A stretch of DNA of 64,000 bases from an uncultured Acidobacteriota bacterium (GTDB lineage Bacteria; Acidobacteriota; Polarisedimenticolia; Polarisedimenticolales; DASRJG01), in contig CAZEII010000012.1 in NCBI GenBank assembly GCA_964511835.1, forward strand, positions 17,569-81,568, read 5' to 3'. Positions 38,185-47,192 of the stretch are shown one piece after another. Under the pieces are notes generated by a model that saw only the letters and a list, made by a program, of their open reading frames with translations, had not been told where the DNA came from and searched no databases. A program made the translations under genes and the position numbers. The stretch's first letter is position 1; each line of letters starts with the position of its first letter.

Positions 38185-38206
38185 GGGGCGGCCCGAAGGC
38201 CGCCCC
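38185..38206. terminator. Hairpin between convergent genes, probable bidirectional terminator
   Basis: GGGGCGGCC-CGAA-GGCCGCCCC, a perfect 9-bp stem right after the stop codon. Confidence 0.75.
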
Positions 38207-38232
38207 ATCAACTCTCTGTTCCTGAAAGCGGG

Positions 38233-39336
38233 CTACTGAGCGACGAACGGCTCGGTCGGAATCACCCGAAGCTTCACGCCGTCCATCTCGGCCGGGAAGC
38301 TGCTCGGCTGCAAGTGCATTCCGGCGGCCGTGTCGAAGTAGACGATGATCGCGGCGCGGGAGGCATCGGTCTCGTCGACACCCACGCCGACTCCGATCAC
38401 GCCTGGTTGCGCGAACAGGTCCGGCTCGAACCTCTCCTTGACGGTCCGCGCGAACTCGAGGTCCGCTTCGACCGGTCCGACCTGCTCTCCCTTCCCGAGC
38501 GCGGAGCCGGCCTTCTCGGACGCCAGCGTGCCGCAGGTGCTGCCGACGAAGGTGAAGGTGTGACCGCCCGTCTGATACGCGTTGACGACGGACTGGATCG
38601 GGTTCGCGATCGTCTGCGTGCTGTTGCCGGCGAAGAGGAGGCCGACGGGGTTCGGCGTTCCGTCGTTAGACACGATCAACGAGCCGGAATCTCCCCCGGC
38701 GCTGAAGCTGCCGCTTCCCGCGACGATCACGAGTTGATTGGTGTAGTTGATGACGAACTTCTTCCCGACGCCGCAGCCCTTCTGGTATTGAACCGACACG
38801 CTCGTGTTCGTCGATTGGATCGTCCCGGTGGTGAAGCCGGAGGTCCGTCCGCTCTTCTCCACGGCGAGTCCCAAGGTCGGTGTCTGCGTCGTGTTGCACG
38901 GAACGCCGACGTCGATGATCGCTCCCGTGGTGTCCACCATGCCCGCGCGGGCCGTCGAAATCGCCGTGTCGACGTTGGCCGTGCCGAGCGGCACCTTGTC
39001 GCCGGCGAAATCCCCGACGATGTTGGCCGTCGCACCGTTGCATCCGACGTCGATGAGCCCCGGCTGGATGTCGTCCTCGCCCGCGCTCGCGCTTCCCGAC
39101 CGGGCGAGGATGTGGTTGTTGCTCAGGATCGACAGCACGCCGTCGTAACGGACGAGCGATCCGAGCGTCCCTCCGCAGCAGAAGAACCTGCTGATGTCGG
39201 ATACGCTCCCTCCCGACGTTCCCATCTTGACCGGTGGCGTTTGCTTCACTTGATGGTTCGGTCCGCCGTCCGCCAGGACCGGCACGGCCACCAAGACGCC
39301 GATGGAAAGAACGAACGCCACTCCGAGCTTCTTCAT
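38233..39336 (-). CDS. Secreted trypsin-like (Nal1-type) serine protease
   Basis: Signal peptide MKKLGVAFVLSIGVLVAVPVLA; GTLG, SNNHIL, DTAIS, VEKSGRTSGFTTG, GGDSGS. Confidence 0.85.
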   Translation of the reverse strand: MKKLGVAFVLSIGVLVAVPVLADGGPNHQVKQTPPVKMGTSGGSVSDISRFFCCGGTLGSLVRYDGVLSILSNNHILARSGSASAGEDDIQPGLIDVGCNGATANIVGDFAGDKVPLGTANVDTAISTARAGMVDTTGAIIDVGVPCNTTQTPTLGLAVEKSGRTSGFTTGTIQSTNTSVSVQYQKGCGVGKKFVINYTNQLVIVAGSGSFSAGGDSGSLIVSNDGTPNPVGLLFAGNSTQTIANPIQSVVNAYQTGGHTFTFVGSTCGTLASEKAGSALGKGEQVGPVEADLEFARTVKERFEPDLFAQPGVIGVGVGVDETDASRAAIIVYFDTAAGMHLQPSSFPAEMDGVKLRVIPTEPFVAQ

Positions 39337-39493
39337 GCCTGGTTCCCCCCGTGTCTCGCGACGGCTGCGCAGACGTTGCGCACCGGTACAACCGCGTAAC
39401 CATACTCTTCGTTGGAGTCCGCCAAGAAAGATTCTTGGGCAACTTCGCGGTGGCTGCCCGATCGGTGAGGCACCTGCGGGCCTGAAAGCGCGG

Positions 39494-41755
39494 TTATCGC
39501 GAGGCGTCCCGCATGATCTCTTCAAATCGCGGATCGGCGCGCACGCCATCCCACAGCGGGATCTTTCGAGCGAAGATCACGAACGGATCTCTCTCGGCCA
39601 CCGCGCGCGAGGCCAGGCGCATCGCTTCGTCCCGAAGCCCTGCCGCGGAGGCAACCGTTGCGAGCCAGAACGGTCCGACGAACTCGTGGCGCGAGCGTGC
39701 GATCAGCTCATCGTAGACCGCCCGGCACCTCGACGCGTCGCCGCTCTTGCCGTAGCTCCAGCCCAGCGTTGCGAGAGGCCAGATGTTGCGGCCCGACGCC
39801 GCCAGCAAGGCGGGGGCGGCCTCGATCGCCCGGGCGTGGTCTCCCGCCCAGGAGTGCGCCCTCATCACATTCCAGTGGGCAAAGAACGAGTCGGGATCGG
39901 TGCCGAACGCCCTCTCGGCCTCGGCGATCGATTCGGCGTGTCGTCCTCCGAACCCGAGCATCATGCTCTTCATCCCGCCGATCCAGGCGTTCAGCGGATC
40001 GTCCGTCAAGGCTTTGTCGATTTCCACGAGCGCTTCGTCGACCGTGTAGGCGTCGAACCCGAACCCCCAGAGCGCGCGCTCGCACCGACTGCGGACGTGG
40101 CGAGGATCGGAGGTCAGGGCGCGAGTCCACGCAGCGGCCGCCGGTGGCCAGCGGAGCTCGAACTGCGCCTCGACGTCGGCGAGCGTCGCATTCGCCTCCG
40201 CGAGATCCGGATCGATCGCGAGCGCTCGCTCGGCCAAGGCTTTCGCCTTGGGCCCCACCTCCGACGTCGCTGCGACGCTGAACGTGCCGAGCAAGCGGTA
40301 GGAGTCGGCGAGCCACGCAAGGGGCTCTGCATAGTTCGGGTCGAGAGCGATCGCCCGCTCGAAGCATTCGATCGCTCTCTGCAGGAACCGCCCGCGCTTG
40401 AATTGAAACGCGCGACCCTTGAGCAGAAGCTCGTAGGCCTCGAGGCTCGCCGTGCCCCGCCGGCCTCTTCCCCGGTCGGCGTCCCCCGCCAGCGTGACGC
40501 GCAAGCGCGCGGCGATCGCATTGGCGATCTCGTCCTGCACCTCGAAGACGTCGGTCATCTCGCGGTCGTAGCGCTCCGACCAGAGCTGGTATCCGTCGGC
40601 GGCGTTCACGAGCTGCGCCGTGATGCGCAGCCGTGCGCCGGCGCGACGCACGGTTCCTTCGAGGACGGTGGTCACTTCCAGCTTCTCGCCGATCGAGCGC
40701 AAGTCTTCGCGCCGCCCTTTGAACGCGAAGCACGACGTCCGAGCGGCGACGCGCAGCCCGTCGAGGTGAGTGAGGGCGTTCAAGATCTCGTCGGTGATGC
40801 CGTCGGCGAAGTACTCGTCTCCCGCCCCGCTCTGATTCTCGAAGGGCAGCACGGCGATCGATTTTTCGCGTGCCGCCTCGCGCTTCGTTCCGACGGCGGT
40901 GGCATCCGCGAGCTCCAGGCGAACGTCGCGGATGTCGCGCGGCCGCTCGCTCGAGTCCTTGCGCAGGCAGCGGCGCAGCAATGCGCGCACTCCGGCGGGA
41001 ACCTCGTCCGGGAGCAATCCCCAGTCCGGCTCGCGCTCGAGAATCCTGGCGATCAGATCGGGGACCGTTTCGCCGTCGAAGGGCGGCCGCCCGGCGAGGA
41101 CTTCGAACAGCACGCACCCGAACGACCAGACGTCGCTGCGCCGGTCGACCGGCCGGCCGCGCGCCTGCTCCGGGCTCATGTAAGCGGCCGTCCCGAGGAT
41201 CGTCCCGACCTCCGTAGCTCCGGGCGTGTGCGTCAGCGTCGGCGTCTCCGCGGAGTCCACGCCGGGTCGACCGGCCGCTTCGGATTTGGCGATCCCGAAA
41301 TCGAGCACCTTGACGACGCCTGAGGTGCCGATCATGACGTTGCCGGGCTTGAGGTCGCGATGCACGACGCCGCGCTCGTGAGCGGCTTCGATGGCCGCGG
41401 CGATTTGAACGCCGATGCGCAGCGCGTCGCGCATGTCGAGCCTCCCGCGCGCGAGGCGGGCGGCGAGCGACTCCCCCTCCACGAGCTCGAGCACGAGGTG
41501 CGGCGCGCCGTCGCCGTCCTCGAGCCCGTAGATCGCCGCGATGTTCGGGTGATTCAGCGAGGCCAGCGTCTGCGCCTCGCGGCGGAACCGGTCGAGCCGG
41601 TCCGCATCCTGGGAGACGGCGGCCGGGAGCGCCTTGATCGCCACGTCGCGACCGAGCCGCGGATCCCGTGCGCGGTAGACCTCTCCCATCCCGCCGACCC
41701 CGAGGGGCGCGACGATCTCGTAAGGGCCCAGACGAGTGCCGGGTGCTAACGGCAT
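39494..41755 (-). CDS. Hanks-type Ser/Thr kinase with TolB-like/adenylate-cyclase-associated domain and TPRs
   Basis: GVGGMGEVY, HRDLKPGN, DFG, YMSPEQ, SIAVLPFEN, TPRs. Confidence 0.95.
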   Translation of the reverse strand: MPLAPGTRLGPYEIVAPLGVGGMGEVYRARDPRLGRDVAIKALPAAVSQDADRLDRFRREAQTLASLNHPNIAAIYGLEDGDGAPHLVLELVEGESLAARLARGRLDMRDALRIGVQIAAAIEAAHERGVVHRDLKPGNVMIGTSGVVKVLDFGIAKSEAAGRPGVDSAETPTLTHTPGATEVGTILGTAAYMSPEQARGRPVDRRSDVWSFGCVLFEVLAGRPPFDGETVPDLIARILEREPDWGLLPDEVPAGVRALLRRCLRKDSSERPRDIRDVRLELADATAVGTKREAAREKSIAVLPFENQSGAGDEYFADGITDEILNALTHLDGLRVAARTSCFAFKGRREDLRSIGEKLEVTTVLEGTVRRAGARLRITAQLVNAADGYQLWSERYDREMTDVFEVQDEIANAIAARLRVTLAGDADRGRGRRGTASLEAYELLLKGRAFQFKRGRFLQRAIECFERAIALDPNYAEPLAWLADSYRLLGTFSVAATSEVGPKAKALAERALAIDPDLAEANATLADVEAQFELRWPPAAAAWTRALTSDPRHVRSRCERALWGFGFDAYTVDEALVEIDKALTDDPLNAWIGGMKSMMLGFGGRHAESIAEAERAFGTDPDSFFAHWNVMRAHSWAGDHARAIEAAPALLAASGRNIWPLATLGWSYGKSGDASRCRAVYDELIARSRHEFVGPFWLATVASAAGLRDEAMRLASRAVAERDPFVIFARKIPLWDGVRADPRFEEIMRDASR

Positions 41756-41839
41756 CGTGAGAAGGTACCTCAGCCGCAGGCTTCTACCTACTCGGAGCCT
41801 GCACGATCATTCGGTCGACGGTCGACCTTAGCGGCGTGT

Positions 41840-43378
41840 CTAGACCCCCGCGGTCACGACGCTCGAGGCGATGCCGGCGTCATCCCGCGCGGCGAGCCTG
41901 GCTCGAAACCGGAGATGGCGCCGGCGCGTCATCTCGACGATCGGCCGCCAGACCCTGTGCACCTGGTGATGCCGGATCAAGAGGCGCCACAACCGATTCG
42001 ACCGCTTGTACAAGTAGGACATGGCAAGGTACGCGCCGAGCGCGCGCCAGTCTTCCGGACGGCGCCGCCAGATCGAGGCGTGCGAGAACAGGCGCTCGTA
42101 GATCCAGGCATACCCCTCCTCGAGCTCCTCCGGCGTCATGTGCTTCGGCCGGAAGACGCAGTGCGCCGTGTCGTAGCGGCTCCAGTCGCGGTGCAGCAGG
42201 CGGCCCTCGGCTTCCATCCTGCGGAACAGCGGCGTGCCCGGGTACGGCGTGAGGATGTGGAACGTGGCGCACTCCAGGCGATTCGATTCGACCCAGTCCG
42301 CCGTGCGCGCAAAGACGTCCTTCCCGTCGTGGTCGAAGCCGAGCACGAACGACCCGTTCACCTGAATCCCGTTGTCATGAAGGATGCGCACGCGCCGAGC
42401 GTAGTCGGCCGACTTCGGAGTCTTCTTGTGCGCGTCGGCCAGATTCTGGTCGCTCAACGATTCGAGGCCGATGAAGACTCCCGTGCACCCGGCGAGCGCC
42501 ATCTCCCGGATGAGCCCCGGATCGTCGGTGACGTCCAGGGTCACCGCCGCGCTCCAGATCTTGTCCAGAGGGCGAAGCTCCCGGCACAGCGCCCGGAGAT
42601 AGTCGGGACGCGAGCCGAGGTTGTTATCGACGAAGACGGCGTAGGGCTGTCCGTCGGCCTCGAATTCTGCCGCGATCTGCCTCGGATCGCGCATGCGGTA
42701 CGGCATCCGGAGACCGTCGGTCGCGAGATAGCAGAAGCCGCAGCGGTTGTGGCATCCGCGGGTGGCGATGAGGCTCGTCGTCGTGAGGAAGCCGTGGCGC
42801 GGCAGGAGGTCGCGGCGGGGCGCCGGATCGTCGCGATAGTCGTTGTCGTAGTCGGCGGCGTATCGCGCGCGAAGCGTGCCCGCTTCGACGTCCTTCAAGA
42901 TGCGAGGCCAGAGCTGGACGCCGTCGCCGAGCGCCAGGGCATCGGCGTGGGGAGCGCATTCGTCCGGACACGAGAGCACGTGAAGGCCGCCGAGGACGAC
43001 CTTGCTGCCGCGACGACGATACCAACGGGCCAGCTCGTACGCGCGCGCGGCGAACGTCAGGTGGACGGAGATGCCGATGACCTCGGGAAGCGGGTCGAAC
43101 GGCGGCCTCCCGTCGAGCAGGTTCTCGTCCCAGTAGGCGAGGCGCCAGTGGGCCGGTGTCGTCGCCGCAAAGCTCGTGAGCGCGAGCGTCGGCGTCAGCA
43201 CGTGCTTGCCGAACGAAGCGTTCGGGTCCTTGCGGTAGAACGGATTGACGAGGAGCGCGTAGCGCCGCTCGAGCCCATGCGAGACCCGCGCGGGGTCGAG
43301 CGCAGGCGCCTGCACCATGTCCACGGGGAGCCGCTTGGTCCGCTTCGGCCGGGGGGAAACGTGCGGTGGTGAAGTCAT
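41840..43378 (-). CDS. B12-binding-domain radical SAM protein
   Basis: VVLGGLH, TRGCHNRCGFC (CxxxCxxC), FVDNN, FIGLES, FVLGFD, LTPYPGTPL. Confidence 0.92.
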   Translation of the reverse strand: MTSPPHVSPRPKRTKRLPVDMVQAPALDPARVSHGLERRYALLVNPFYRKDPNASFGKHVLTPTLALTSFAATTPAHWRLAYWDENLLDGRPPFDPLPEVIGISVHLTFAARAYELARWYRRRGSKVVLGGLHVLSCPDECAPHADALALGDGVQLWPRILKDVEAGTLRARYAADYDNDYRDDPAPRRDLLPRHGFLTTTSLIATRGCHNRCGFCYLATDGLRMPYRMRDPRQIAAEFEADGQPYAVFVDNNLGSRPDYLRALCRELRPLDKIWSAAVTLDVTDDPGLIREMALAGCTGVFIGLESLSDQNLADAHKKTPKSADYARRVRILHDNGIQVNGSFVLGFDHDGKDVFARTADWVESNRLECATFHILTPYPGTPLFRRMEAEGRLLHRDWSRYDTAHCVFRPKHMTPEELEEGYAWIYERLFSHASIWRRRPEDWRALGAYLAMSYLYKRSNRLWRLLIRHHQVHRVWRPIVEMTRRRHLRFRARLAARDDAGIASSVVTAGV

Positions 43379-43385
43379 GCAATGT

Positions 43386-43414
43386 ACTTTGCATCACAAA
43401 GCTTATCTTGTCAA
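43386..43414 (-). promoter_or_regulatory. Sigma70-like promoter TTGACA-N17-CAAAGT with overlapping palindrome CTTTG-N5-CAAAG
   Basis: Read directly from the AT-rich intergenic sequence upstream of the radical SAM ATG. Confidence 0.5.
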
Positions 43415-43436
43415 GGGACGCTTCGGGACGCGCCGA

Positions 43437-44603
43437 TCAGCGTCGGGCCGGCGGGAAGACCTTCGCGATGCTCAGGGTGACCGCGATGTCGGCGGTGTTC
43501 TCGAACGTGAACAGGTTCTCCGTCAGGGCGAACCGATAGACCCAGTTGTGGGATTCGGCCTGGATCCCGAGCGACGTCAGGTACTTGTTCGCCTTCAGCT
43601 CTTCGAGGTCCGTGTCGCGAATGACGCTCGGGCTCGCGTAGAACTGCAGGATGCCGTTGACGTGGCGGCTCATCTTGAATTCCCACGCGAAGATCCCCGT
43701 CGGGACGCGCATACGCTGGTCTGAGATGCCTTGAAGATCCGTTCCGCCGTACGAGACCAGGCTCGTGGTGAGATAGAGAGCCTGCCTCTCGAAAAAGCCC
43801 TGCAGCGAGACCTGGAGGCCGTAGTCGGTCTCGCCGCTCGCGACATAGGCCCGCGCATCGCGGAATGCCGGCTTCACCGCGGTCTCCACGATCACGTTCC
43901 ACCGTCTCGGCACCGGGACGACCGAGTAACGGACGCCGATCGCCGGATCGCCGAGGCCGTCGTCGGGGGGCGACGTGAAGGTGACGGTCCCGCCTTTGGT
44001 CTTTCGCAAGACGAAGAATTGATTGCGGTCCGTCAGCTCCCGGTCGCCGGTGCCGACCCCCACGAGGTTGTGGAATCCCTCGATCGTCGAGTCGAGGAAT
44101 CCCTTCCGGAAGATGAATGCGGGAACGGTGAAGTATCCGCCCCAGTGGGGACTGAATCGATAGTGCCCGGTCAGGTCGAACACGCCGAGCTCCCCGTCGA
44201 CGATGTAGGCCTCGTCTCCGATCGCGAGGATTGCGGGCACGTCTTCCGGACCGAGGTGGACGCGGTTGCCGCCCCCCCTCGCCCTCAGGTAGTCCGCGAC
44301 GTTTCTGCTGAGCACGTAGGTATTCTGGTAGGACAGGTTCAGCTCGAGCGCCCACGTGCGCGGAGGGGCCGTGACCGCATGGGCCGGCAGGAAGTCCATC
44401 CTGAGAAGCCCGAACGGCGTGAGGTCGCGGATGCGGAGCGGGCCGAGGTGAACCCACGGCGCGGGAGGCACGCCGCCGGTCTCCTCGGAATGTCGCGCGC
44501 GCTCGTTCTCCACCGCGTTCGCGGAGAGGAAACCCTGGGCCAAGGAGCCCAGGACAATGATGGTATGCGTGGCGATGCGACCCAGCTTTGCTCCGAACGA
44601 CAC
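43437..44603 (-). CDS. DUF3187-like outer-membrane protein
   Basis: LRIRDLTPFG, TIEGFHNLVG, GLGDPAIG, FALTENL; beta-strand pattern. Confidence 0.75.
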   Translation of the reverse strand: MSFGAKLGRIATHTIIVLGSLAQGFLSANAVENERARHSEETGGVPPAPWVHLGPLRIRDLTPFGLLRMDFLPAHAVTAPPRTWALELNLSYQNTYVLSRNVADYLRARGGGNRVHLGPEDVPAILAIGDEAYIVDGELGVFDLTGHYRFSPHWGGYFTVPAFIFRKGFLDSTIEGFHNLVGVGTGDRELTDRNQFFVLRKTKGGTVTFTSPPDDGLGDPAIGVRYSVVPVPRRWNVIVETAVKPAFRDARAYVASGETDYGLQVSLQGFFERQALYLTTSLVSYGGTDLQGISDQRMRVPTGIFAWEFKMSRHVNGILQFYASPSVIRDTDLEELKANKYLTSLGIQAESHNWVYRFALTENLFTFENTADIAVTLSIAKVFPPARR

Positions 44604-44625
44604 GCCCCCTCCTGCGATCCGAGGA

Positions 44626-45237
44626 TCAGGTTCGAGTGAATCGTGTATACCAGAACTCTTGCGTCTTACCGGCGGGGGTCACGTGGGGCTCCGTTACCGC
44701 TTCGTCGAGGTGAAAGCGCGGGCCGAGCTCCCGCGCCAATGTTTCGGGAGAGTAGCGCGCCACCGGCAGGTCGCTGCACACCGGCGGTCCCTCGAGAGCG
44801 AACGTCGCGATGATCAGCGAGCCGCCGGGACGAAGAGCTTCGTTCAAGCGCGCTCGATAGCGGTCACGTTCCGTCGCGTCGGTCAAGAAATGAAACACGG
44901 CGCGATCGTGCCAGACATCGACGGCGGGTACGGGCCACTCCGCCGTGACGTCCGCCTCGATCCAGCTCACGAGGGAGGCCCGGGCACCAAGCCGCTCCTT
45001 GGCCCGTGCCAGGGCGATCGGCGAGATGTCGAGCACGCTGACGCACGTCAGCCCACGTTCGATGAGGTGATCGACGAGACGAGAATCCCCGCCCCCGACG
45101 TCGATCACTCACGTCGCCGGTGACAACCCGGCGTTGGCGAGCAACCGGGCCGAGACCGTCGGCGCAGCCTGGTACCAGCTCACCGCGTCCGCGGCCTTCG
45201 ACTTGTAGACCGCCTCCCAGTGCGACTTGTCGCTCAT
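44626..45237 (-). CDS. Class I SAM-dependent methyltransferase with in-frame TGA at codon 43 (selenoprotein candidate or nonsense pseudogene)
   Basis: MSDKSHWEAVY...VSWYQ...SPAT*VIDVGGGDSRLVD...DVWHDRAVFHFL; ATG overlaps the sortase stop (ATGA); TGA at 45109-45111. Confidence 0.8.
45067..45108 (-). promoter_or_regulatory. Candidate SECIS-like hairpin directly 3' of UGA
   Basis: 10-bp perfect lower stem GUGAUCGACG/CGUCGAUCAC, 5' bulge UCGG, 7-bp upper stem with G-U pairs, GAUU loop 21 nt from UGA. Confidence 0.45.
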
Positions 45238-45947
45238 CCGTGCACTCTAGCGCGTCTGTTCCCGTCTCCGGCGGCCCTGCGCGCCCGGATCGCGTACCGC
45301 CGAGGGGCGTCGCCGACGTAGTAGAACGGGTAGCAGGTCACCAGGGTGATCGCCGAGACGGCGGTGGGGCGGAGGACATCGACGGCGGCGGGATCGACGA
45401 TTCGAATCTCGTCCACCACGTAGGTCAGGCTGGCGTCGAGCGTCTCGAGCGTGACGGCATCGCCCGGCCGAACGTCTTTCAGTCCTCGGAAGAATCCGTC
45501 CCGGTGCCCCGCGATGCCGGAGTTCCCTGCTTCACCGGGGCGAGCCGTCCCCTCGATCCATCCGACGCCGCGATTCAGACGGAGCTCGTCCGTTCCATTC
45601 AAGACCGGAACCTCGAGCCCGATTCTTGGAATGCGCAGGATTGCGAGCGGCGACCCGACGTCCGCTCCGAGCTGGTCCTTGTAATGGCGGACCCGCTGCG
45701 GCGACCAGAGCCGGGTGTCGACGTCGGAGACAACGTTGAGAGTCCGACGCGTCACCGCGGGAGGAGACGCGGCGGGATCGGCGGCTTGGGCGAGATGTTC
45801 CTTCCTTGCGGACTCGAAGCGTTCGATCTCCGCCCGCCGCATCGCCTCCCCGTAGCCCCGCGCGGCCAGGTAGAACGCGATCGCCGCGAGCCCAGCGATG
45901 ATGAAGACACGCTCGGCGACGCGAAGCTTGCTTAGGGGGCTCGTCAC
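45234..45947 (-). CDS. Class D-like sortase
   Basis: N-terminal TM, LRIPRIGLEVPV, GNSGIAGHRD, ITLVTCYPFY, RRYAIRA. Confidence 0.92.
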   Translation of the reverse strand: MTSPLSKLRVAERVFIIAGLAAIAFYLAARGYGEAMRRAEIERFESARKEHLAQAADPAASPPAVTRRTLNVVSDVDTRLWSPQRVRHYKDQLGADVGSPLAILRIPRIGLEVPVLNGTDELRLNRGVGWIEGTARPGEAGNSGIAGHRDGFFRGLKDVRPGDAVTLETLDASLTYVVDEIRIVDPAAVDVLRPTAVSAITLVTCYPFYYVGDAPRRYAIRARRAAGDGNRRARVHG

Positions 45948-45966
45948 GCCGATGAGATGGAACGGG

Positions 45967-46710
45967 TCAGCTCTGCGCGAGGAGCCGCCGAACGAGGGTC
46001 GACGCGATCCCGAGCCCGAGCAGCGCGACGCCGACGATTCCGATCAAGGGAAGCGAGCTTCCCGTCTTCGGCAGCTTCTTGGGCGCGGCGGCCGGCGGTG
46101 GCGGTGGCGGCGGCGTGGACTCCGCGGCCGGAGCGGGCTTCGCCACCGGACGCGGTGGCGGAGGCGGGCTCGAGACGAATGCCTTGAGCTCGGTGTCGGT
46201 GACGATCATGGGCGGCAGCTTCGTCACGATGGTCGCCGAGAGCCGGTCCCCTTTCTTCAGCTTCGTCACGTCGACCCTCTCGCCGGCCCTGTAGACGACG
46301 AGATCCAGGTCCCTCAACTGGGCCGTCGTGAACTGTCTGTTCTCGTTCGTCTTGAGGTCCTTGACGATGATCGTGCCCGCGCTGACGTAGACGACCTCGG
46401 CGTCGCGGACCTCGTTGGTCGTCACTTCGATCGGCGTTTCCGTCGTCGTGACCATCGCCGTGACCTTCATGCCGGGCTTCAGCTGGTGAACGGACAGCTT
46501 CTGACCGTCCATGTCGAACCGGAAATCCTCGGGAACCACGAATTGCCTCACGCCCGCAGGCCCTCGGGCAGTGACGATGTTGCCGTCGACCGCGAGAATC
46601 TCTCCGCTGCGCAGCTCCACCGTCGTGAGCTGGGCCATCGTAGGTGCCGAGACCGCCCAGCCAACGATCACGACCATCAGCAGACCCGTCGTTACGAGCA
46701 CACGTCTCAT
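45967..46710 (-). CDS. Secreted LPXTG-anchored protein
   Basis: Signal peptide, Pro-rich linker, LPKTG + hydrophobic segment + RR tail. Confidence 0.88.
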   Translation of the reverse strand: MRRVLVTTGLLMVVIVGWAVSAPTMAQLTTVELRSGEILAVDGNIVTARGPAGVRQFVVPEDFRFDMDGQKLSVHQLKPGMKVTAMVTTTETPIEVTTNEVRDAEVVYVSAGTIIVKDLKTNENRQFTTAQLRDLDLVVYRAGERVDVTKLKKGDRLSATIVTKLPPMIVTDTELKAFVSSPPPPPRPVAKPAPAAESTPPPPPPPAAAPKKLPKTGSSLPLIGIVGVALLGLGIASTLVRRLLAQS

Positions 46711-46781
46711 GTCGGACCTCCCTCTGTAGACAGGACGTCGATCCGCTGCATTCTTGGACGAGGGCGTTTACCGCGAGGGGC

Positions 46782-47039
46782 TCACTGCGTAGGTCCGCCG
46801 GGAACGCACGGCCCCGGCGCACACGCCCTGTCCGCATAACATTGGTTGCTGTATGTAATTCCGTCGGCGCAGGTCACGGGCTGCCAAACATCCAAGCAGA
46901 CGATGTCCTTCGGACAGCCGGGCGGCGGCGGCGGTGGAGGCGGCGGTTTCTTCCCCGCATAGGCGATCGTCGCGACCAGAGCGGCTGCGGCGAGCGCGAG
47001 CGGCACCGCGGCCTTGAAGAAGCGAGCGTTTCTCTTCAT
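46782..47039 (-). CDS. Secreted Kazal-type protease inhibitor
   Basis: GAGGAGG RBS, signal peptide, poly-Pro, C-PKDIV-C-LDVWQPVT-C-ADGITYSNQ-C-YADRA-C-APGP-C. Confidence 0.85.
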   Translation of the reverse strand: MKRNARFFKAAVPLALAAAALVATIAYAGKKPPPPPPPPPGCPKDIVCLDVWQPVTCADGITYSNQCYADRACAPGPCVPGGPTQ

Positions 47040-47192
47040 GAGCACCTCCTCTCGAGTGCCGCAATCCATCCGACTGCGGCATCGATGCAACGCGATGTCG
47101 GAGTCCCTTTCGTTGAGTATACGCCACCGTCAAGACGTCGAGAGCCCCGCTTTCCCTTCCGGCTCCGTTCACGGTAGATTCAAGCCATCTCC

